Assembly (NCBI GenBank): GCA_964016885.1
Contig: OZ024755.1
Location: 12,772,001-12,836,000 of the forward strand
Reading direction: 5' to 3'
DNA length: 64,000 nucleotides
Origin: Eledone cirrhosa
Lineage: Eukaryota
The position numbers were made by a program, and so were the translations under genes. The notes under the pieces were generated by a model, which saw only the letters and a list, made by a program, of their open reading frames with translations, was not told the origin of the DNA and did no database searches. The first letter of the stretch is position 1. Every line of letters starts with the position of its first letter. This document shows positions 56,272 through 64,000 of this stretch, piece after piece.

Positions 56272-56722
56272 AGTTGCTGAGTTCCATAGTTACTGTGTTT
56301 CATAGTTGCTATCTTCCATAGTTTCTGTGTTCCATAGTTTCTGTGTTTCATAGTTGCTATCTTCCATAGTTTCTGTGTTCCATAGTTTCTGTGTTTCATA
56401 GTTGCTATCTTCCATAGTTTCTGTGTTCCATAGTTTCTGTGTTTCATAGTTGCTATCTTCCATAGTTTCTGTGTTCCATAGTTTCTGTGTTTCATAGTTG
56501 CTATCTTCCATAGTTTCTGTGTTCCATAGTTTCTGTGTTTCATAGTTGCTATCTTCCATAGTTTCTGTGTTCCATAGTTTCTGTGTTTCATAGTTGCTAT
56601 CTTCCATAGTTTCTGTGTTCCATAGTTTCTGTGTTTCATAGTTGCTATCTTCCATAGTTTCTGTATTCCATTGTTGCTGTGTTCCATAATTGCGATCTTC
56701 CATAGCTGCTGTCTTCCATAGT
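56272..56722. repeat. Minisatellite, 48-bp unit built from three 16-bp subunits, about 8-9 copies
   Basis: catagttgctatcttc-catagtttctgtgttc-catagtttctgtgttt. Confidence 0.96.
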
Positions 56723-56920
56723 TGCTGCCTATTCTCAGTTCATCTCAGAAATGACGTAGTTGTCATAAAAGGTTGGGAAGCAAGAATGATGACAGGAAGT
56801 TCTCGTAGCTTTCGTGAGGTCCTCCCGCAGTGTTTATGTGAATGTATGGGGGGATACTTGTGTATATGATGAGCGAGTATGTTTGTGTTTCTGTGTGCGT
56901 AACTAGCATTGCAAGTTTGT

Positions 56921-56975
<55 letters not shown>

Positions 56976-57271
56976 GTGTTTGATATTGCTATACCAGCAA
57001 CAGGGCCCTAATAGAAATAGGTGAACCTGTTAATGAGGAAGGGGGAAGAAGAAGGTCTTCTACCTTTAAAAACTCTCTATTTTTCGCATTATAGGAAATA
57101 ACAACTCTCCTCCTCATCCGGTTTATATAAAGAAGATGGGGCGGGGTTAAATAGCTACCTACCTCCTCCTATCAACCGAATTTCACCAACGTGATACACA
57201 GATCTGCTTCATCCTATGACAAAAATATGGGTCAGAAAGAATAAACATTTTGCTGTGGTGAAATGAGAAAT

Positions 57272-57450
57272 AATTGTTTCTACTTTAGGTACAAGGCCAG
57301 CAATTACCCAGTGCATTACTGGTACTTTATTTTATCGACCCGCGTAAGGATGAAAGGCAAAGTCAACCTCGGCGGGATTTGAACTCAGATCGTAAAGGGA
57401 CGTAACTATGCTGGAAAGCATGGCGTCCGACCCTCTACTGATACTGCCAA
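57272..57450 (-). mobile_element. SINE A copy
   Basis: Matches family consensus. Confidence 0.9.
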
Positions 57451-57700
57451 ATTCATATAGACTCAAGGATGGCTGTGTAGTTGTGAAATAGACTTCATAA
57501 CCACGGGGTTTCTGGTTTATTGCAATCGCGGGATTTTTTGGGCAACTATTTTCAACTATTGCCCTGGGTTGACTAATGCCTTGTAAATGGAATTTGGTAA
57601 ACGGTAACTGCAGAAGTCCGTCGTGTATATATATATATGAAGACAGTCAGGACCCTGACGGCTGAGCTTCGGCCGTTTATATATTATATATATATATATA

Positions 57701-57870
57701 TATATTTGAAAAAAAGGAAAAGAATGACTTCACTTGTAGTTCTAAATAATTTGATTTATTTTTATAATATTATAATATTATGAGTTCAAATTATTTAGAA
57801 CTACAAGTGAAGTCATTCTTTTCCTTTTTTTTCAAATATACCTAACTGTACCAAGGATCTCACACATTTT
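57701..57870. repeat. Palindrome (about 54-bp arms) plus 30-bp tail between (TA)n tracts
   Basis: Arms 57701-57754 and 57786-57840. Confidence 0.88.
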
Positions 57871-58114
57871 CCAATATATATATATATTCAATCTACTGCC
57901 AATCCACCACCCTCATAATATAAATAATATGAGAGAAATATTGATGAGAAAGAATGAGATATTTTCTGGAGTGAAAGGAGAAATAATTACGTCCATATCC
58001 TTTCTTGTAAAATACATTGATCTAATTTTCTTTCACCACGTTGAGGTGCTGTTGTTGCATAATGGACGCCAATAGATGGAATGGTGGATATGTTATCTCG
58101 GAGGATGGTGTAGG

Positions 58115-58860
58115 CGGGTGGTATGGTGGTGGTATGGTGGTGGTATGGTGGTGGTGGTGTGATGGTGGTGGTGGTGGAAGTGATGGAGGTGGTGGTATGG
58201 TGGTGGTGGTGTGATGGTGGTGGAAGTGATGGAGGTGGTGGTAGTGGTGGTGATGGTGATGGTCGTGGTAGTGGTGGTGGTAGTGGTAGAGGTGGTGGTG
58301 GTGGTGGTAGTGGTGATGGTGGAGGTGGTGGTAGTGGTGGAAGTGGTGGTAGTAGTGGTGGTAGTGGTGTTGGTGGTGGCGGTGTTAGCGGTGGTCGGGG
58401 TATTAGTGGTGGTAGAAGTGGTGGATGTGGTGGTAGAAGTGGAAGAGGTGGTGGTAGTGGTGGAAGCGGTGGTGGTGGTGGTAATCGTCGTCGAAGTGGA
58501 AGTGGTGGTGGTGTTAGTGGTGGTGATGGTGGTTGAAGTGGTGGTGATGGTGGTTGAAATGGTGGTGGTGATGGTGGTGTTAGTGGTGTTGATGGTGGTG
58601 TTAGTGGTGTTGATGGTGGTGTTAGTGGTGTTGATGGTGGTGTTAGTGGTGTTGATGGTGGTGTTAGTGGTGTTGATGGTGGTGTTAGTGGTGTTGATGG
58701 TGGTGTTAGTGGTGTTGATGGTGGTGTTAGTGGTGTTGATGGTGGTGTTAGTGGTGTTGATGGTGGTGTTAGTGGTGTTGATGGTGGTGTTAGTGGTGTT
58801 GATGGTGGTGTTAGTGGTGTTGTTAGTGGTGTTGATAGTGGTGGTGGTGGTGGTTGGGGT
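58115..58860. repeat. (GGT)n tract with a 21-bp array ggtggtgttagtggtgttgat (about 12 copies)
   Basis: Directly visible. Confidence 0.93.
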
Positions 58861-58887
58861 GAATGTTGCTGTCGTGGGAATGATGCA

Positions 58888-59222
58888 GGGATGGCTGAGT
58901 GGTTAACAAGTTCACCTTGCAATCCTAAGGTTCCGAATTCGATTCGACTGTGTGGCATCTTGGACAAATGTCTCTCCCACATCCTCGGGTGGACTCAAAC
59001 CGTGTGGGTAAAATTGGGGAGACAGAATCTGGGAGGAAAACCCTTGGATGGATTCAAATGATCAATTGCATCACATAGTGTCACCCCGATTCGGCTTTTG
59101 TATTACGTTAAGGGTACACGTACGTGTCAGTGGAATACTCAGCCACTTACATGTTACTTCACGAGCGAGTGGTTTAGTTGATAGAACAACTGAATGCTCA
59201 TCGTCGAAACCGATGGAGGATC
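58888..59222 (+). mobile_element. tRNA-derived SINE, group B (composite)
   Basis: Head gatggctgagtggttaa...aattcgattc and tail tcatcgtcgaaaccgatggagg. Confidence 0.65.
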
Positions 59223-59322
59223 CATCATGATCATGTATGTATGTATGTATGTATGTATATATGTATGCATTAGGTATATATGTATGTATTATGTATATAT
59301 GTATGTATTATGTATGTATTAT

Positions 59323-59367
<45 letters not shown>

Positions 59368-59494
59368 TATGTATGTATATATGTATGGATGCATTGTGTA
59401 TGTATTGTGTATATATGCATTTATATAAACAATTACAAATTTGAATAAAACATCTGGCTAAGGCTGACAGTTTCAAGAAAGGAACACATTGAAG

Positions 59495-59551
59495 TTACGT
59501 CACCTTTCACTAGTTGATGACGTCACTTCTGACCTGTTGATGATGACGTCA
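59495..59551. promoter_or_regulatory. Cluster of CRE/ATF (bZIP) sites
   Basis: TTACGTCA at 59495, TGACGTCA at 59518 and 59544. Confidence 0.4.
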
Positions 59552-60362
59552 TTACTTTACAGGTTTTTTTTGTAATAATTTAAACACTGAAAGATGTCAA
59601 TCAACAGAACATGCTTTGCAATCACATTCTTACTTTCTTTCTATTTTTAAAACCTCAATAAACTATTTGATAGACAGGATGTTTGGTCATATAAACATCT
59701 CTTTTCCTTCCTCTCTCACTCTTCTCTCATTCTGTCTCTTCCTCTTTCTCCCCAACATCTCTTTTCCTTTCTCTTCTCTGTTTCTCTCTCTCCGTCCTTT
59801 ACTCTCTTGTTCTCTATGTCTCTCCTTTACTCTTTCTCCTAAATCAAGGCTGTACCCCAGCATGGCCGCAAAAAGAGCAAATGAACTACACAAAGTATAA
59901 TTACCAGACAATATATATATATATATATATATACTAGGTGTTTTTAACTAATTTGTAATCTATATATATATATAAAACTGAGGTTGTCTGTCTGTCTGTC
60001 TACTAAAACCTTCGGCACACATCTCTTAAACCGTACGTTCAAATTTCGGTGAAATTGCTACACTTATAGATGAAGGTCCGGCGGAGACATCGGTCAAAAC
60101 ATTTTTCAAATCGACCCACGCCAAGTGCAAAAATCGAATTTGTAATGTATTGATTTTTCAGTTCAAATGTATAAATAGAGATGAGAGACGAATTATTTCC
60201 CTTTTATGGCGTCATTCTGTCTAATCTATTTACGTTACGAACAAACTACACGTACAGTTTTCGGGCCAGCAAAATTTTAACCTGCAAAATTCATGAGTTC
60301 GAAGTTTCAACATTAAGCTTCTATTTTGCTTCATTTCCATTAAAAAGTCTTTTAAAACAATA

Positions 60363-60621
60363 TTTCAGCGCATCAGCCTCGCCATCACCCGAGGCAACGC
60401 TGCGAGTGTGCTGGCTTGCCTCAAAAATCATTAGAGAGGTTGCCCAGTACTCGCGACGTTGCTATCTTTTGCTCTGGTGTTGGCTCCGTTGTTCACCCCT
60501 TCTTTTACATTTTCTTTAATATTGTAGCATTGAAGGAATATATCTTTCATTGTATCATCCTTTGTAGTGTTACCGAGGCATTTGTAATGTTATTTATGTA
60601 AATATTATTTAATATTATTTA
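60363..60621 (+). mobile_element. 3' tip of a CRE-like (restriction-like endonuclease) non-LTR retrotransposon nested in the Helitron
   Basis: 60363-60434 translates FQRISLAITRGNAASVLACLKNH*, matching the QR.S.A..RGNA motif. Candidate TSD aatatttc at 60359 and 60622. Confidence 0.65.
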
Positions 60622-60898
60622 AATATTTCGAGAAACGTTGCAATTGAAGGAAAACAGGAAGACGACATTTTGGTTCGTGAAGACGTTCCTTGGCAATGAA
60701 CAGGAAAAGGCGAGGATAATACGTCTTTATGTGGACTGAGAAGAACAATTTCATGCAAAGACGAGACGAAGTTTATGGTGTAAAGGGAGTCGTTAGACTA
60801 ATATTCTATTTAAAATAACCGAATGAGTTCCAGCCCCGGAGTTTAAGAATGATGTAAATAAAATTGTAAACGAAAATGACAGAAGTTATTAAAATAGT

Positions 60899-61013
60899 TG
60901 TTTCTACTTTTGGCACAAGGCCAGCAATTACCCAGTACATTACTGGTACTTTATTTTATCGATCCCGTAATGATGAAAGGCAAAGTTAACCTCGGCGGGA
61001 TTTTAACTTTGCC
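60899..61013 (-). mobile_element. Truncated SINE A with 5' inversion and 10-bp TSD, nested in the Helitron
   Basis: TSD ttaaaatagt at 60889-60898 and 61014-61023. Inverted ttaactttgcc. Confidence 0.82.
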
Positions 61014-61773
61014 TTAAAATAGTAAAAGTAAATAGTGAAGATTTAGGCCAGTACATACGTATGCGCCGATGGACATACACATACATATACATACGCACAC
61101 ACAAATACATACACACACATACACACAGACACGTGTGTGTAAACCTTATGCATTTCTACAGTATTTTCACCAAACATAAGACATAGGTTATTTATGTACT
61201 CCGGATGGTCATGGGCACTTTCATTTTTCCAGATATTGATTATAGGGCCTCCCGGCAGATAACCCCTTTAACCCCTTTAACCACTTCCTTGGAGTCGACT
61301 GAAGCACTGCAGTGCAATGCAACAAAACGTCATAACTTCTGGAGTTCGCAACCGATTTTCACAAAACTTGACACATGGGCTACGTTTGTTCTACAGATGA
61401 ATGTGAACTCTCAGAATTGGCACATATTGAGTAGGGGACTCCTGGGGGGCAGGAACCTCCTTTTGGAAAAAGCCGATGAATTTTGTAAAAGTATAGTTTT
61501 CCAAGCAGCACTGAAGTATTGACATAAATGGTATACATAACTGGTATTTAATACCCGAGCAACGCCGGGTACCTCTGCTAGTGTATATTAAATATATGAA
61601 TTTAAAATAATGACCTTCAATGACGTAGAAAGTAATATTTATTTCATTTGACTACATATACGTAATCTAAAATAATTGGCTTAATTAAATATTAAATAAG
61701 AAACTTGTATTACAAACATTTTAATTTCACGTCAGTTAATCCCTAGTCAGTGCAATGTCCTAAGTCGTCATCA

Positions 61774-62203
61774 TCGTCGTCATCATCATTATCATCATCA
61801 CTATCATCGTCATCATCATCATCGTCATATCATCATCATCGTCATCATATCATCATCATCGTCATCATATCATCATCATCGTTATCATATCATCATCATC
61901 ATTATCATCATCATTGTCATCATATCATCATCGTCATCATATCATCATCATCATCATCATATCATCATCATCGTCATCATATCATCGTCATCATTATCAT
62001 CATTATCATCGTCATCGTCATCATCGTCATCGTCATCATCGTCATCACTATCATCGTCATCATCATCATCATCATCGTCATCATCATCGTCGTCATCGTC
62101 ATCGTCATCATCATCGTCATCATCATCGTCATCGTCATCATCGTCATCATCGTCATCGTCATCATCATCATCATCGTCATCATCATCATCGTCATCGTCA
62201 TCG

Positions 62204-62235
<32 letters not shown>

Positions 62236-62664
62236 ATTATCATTATCATTATCATCGTCATCATTATCATCGTCATCATCATCATCATTATCATCGTCAT
62301 CACTATCATCGTCATCATTATCATCGTCATCATTATCATCGTCATCATCATCATCATCGTCATCGTTATCATTATCATCGTCATCACTATCATCGTCATC
62401 ACTATCATCATCATCATCATTATCATCGTCATTGTCATCATCATCATTATCGTCGTCATTGTCATCATCATCATCATCGTCATCATTATCATCGTCATCG
62501 TCCTCTTTAACATCATCATCACTATCAGCATTATCGTCGTCGCTGTCATCATTAATATAATCGTCACTATCACCATTATCGTTGTCATCATCAATATCAT
62601 CATCATCGTCATCCTTATCGTCGTCGTCGTATTTAACATCATCATCACTGTCATCATTATCGTC
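61774..62664. repeat. (CAT/CGT)n compound microsatellite
   Basis: Directly visible. Confidence 0.95.
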
Positions 62665-62803
62665 AGTTAATGGTTTTGTTGGTGTGAAGTAAGTTCTCTA
62701 AGATTTGGTTTCTAAAAGACTCAGACGACATTACGGTTCTTATATATTTGATATATAGTTATCCTTATCGAGCCCTCTTTGGATTTTAGTCTTCAAATTT
62801 ATT

Positions 62804-62990
62804 GTGGATTGGCAGTATCGGTAGAGGGTCGGACGTCATGCTTTCCAGCATAGTTACGTCCCTTTACGATCTGAGTTCAAATCCCGCCGAGGTTGACTTT
62901 TCCTTTCATCCTTACGGGGGTCGCTAAAATAAAGTACCAGTAATGCACTGGGTAATTGCTGGCCTTGTGCCTAAAGTAGAAACAATTATT
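62804..62990 (+). mobile_element. SINE A copy, near full length
   Basis: A box, B box and tail are intact. Confidence 0.9.
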
Positions 62991-62996
62991 ACTATA

Positions 62997-63325
62997 ATCC
63001 TGTTTATAAAGTGTACAATTCTAATGTTAACTCTTATAAAAATTTGTAGATTTGAAGTAGCTTACATTTGTTTCTGAATCACACAAACTTTAAAATATCC
63101 TGTTTATAAATTTTACAGTTCTAAAGTTTACTCTCGGGAAATTTGTAAATCTGAAGTATCTTTTCTAAATATTTGTTTCTAAAAATACCAAAAGTTATCC
63201 TGATATAAAAGTAACTTTTATTAAACTTTTACATTTGAAGTAGTTTATATTTTTATATTTATCTTTAAAAAATTCTTCTAAGCTATCCTGTTTATTAAGT
63301 TTATAATTCTAAAGTCGATTTTCTA
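62997..63325. repeat. Degenerate about 98-bp tandem repeat x3.5
   Basis: Recurrent atcctgtttataaa...ttctaaagtt...tgaagta. Confidence 0.65.
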
Positions 63326-64000
63326 GAAAGAACCCAATCTTTTGATATTAACCAAACTAAATCAAGCTCTGGTTCTATAGAATAGAACCAACCATTTTAA
63401 AATGTTCCTATTTAAATTAAAATCTTACAACATAATTTTATAAGAACCATAATTTAAGTTACTATATTTGTAATGAACTAATTAATAATTTTAGTAAATC
63501 CCTCAAAATCCTTTATTAATTAATTGAAATAGAATGTATTCCATTAGAAAAGGTTGTTATTCGGTTACAGAGTTTACTATTCTAAAATTACTGATATAAA
63601 GAATATTTCCTTTTTTCATCCAATGGCAAGTTTCTTGTGAGGTTTGATTTGCAAGTAGCAAAAATTCCTGTACAGTCACAATTTATCAAGAGTCATTCTT
63701 TCTACGTAAAGACGTACACTTAAAGAATAACCCCTTTTTTAAGTGTCAAAGTTTATATGATTCTGTTCATATATATTTCCACAGTTACATTTTTATGAAA
63801 TTTTTAGACGTGTTGAAATCGGTTAATAGCTTTAGTGATGAAATCAACGAAATGGAAGTAATGTTTAGGAAATAAATTATTATTGCAGTAAGCATGTTCC
63901 TGAGAACTGTTTCATTGTGCAAATAAATGTATGTATGTATGTATGTATGTATGTATGTATGTATGTATGTATGTATGTATGTGCGTGTGTGCGTGTGTGT

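Larger units (their letters stand above)
59959..61581 (+). mobile_element. Non-autonomous Helitron (1.6 kb)
   Basis: A|TC start with (TA)n and (GTCT)n. Subterminal hairpin tacccg-agcaacgc-cgggta at 61552-61571. CTAG|T end. Confidence 0.85.

Noticed and set aside
57120-57150. TATA-like TATATAAA plus GGGGCGGGG as a core promoter
   Set aside because: No downstream exon or transcript evidence, and such motifs are common by chance.

Overview
Eukaryotic, AT-rich, repeat-dominated non-coding DNA (intergenic or a large intron), probably from a cephalopod such as Octopus, judged from the SINE families and extreme microsatellite load. I find no intact host gene, and nearly all listed ORFs are microsatellite artefacts. 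Recognisable content: >15 copies of one tRNA-derived SINE, a second SINE group, RTE-clade LINE 3' fragments, a three-copy RTE-derived element encoding a C2H2 finger remnant, two non-autonomous Helitrons (one with a PIF1-helicase C-terminus), a CRE-like LINE tail, mariner/hAT/piggyBac-like MITE remnants and several minisatellites. The most notable signal is a set of about 9-10 unrelated short (100-350 bp) element families in or next to (TA)n microsatellites. They carry type I hammerhead ribozyme cores (CTGANGA...GAAA...UH), often fold back into long palindromes centred on the ribozyme, and mostly share a YTGAGTRC motif near their 3' end. This fits (TA)n-targeting Penelope-like/retrozyme-like retroelement termini. 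All folds and alignments were done by eye, and repeat boundaries are approximate.
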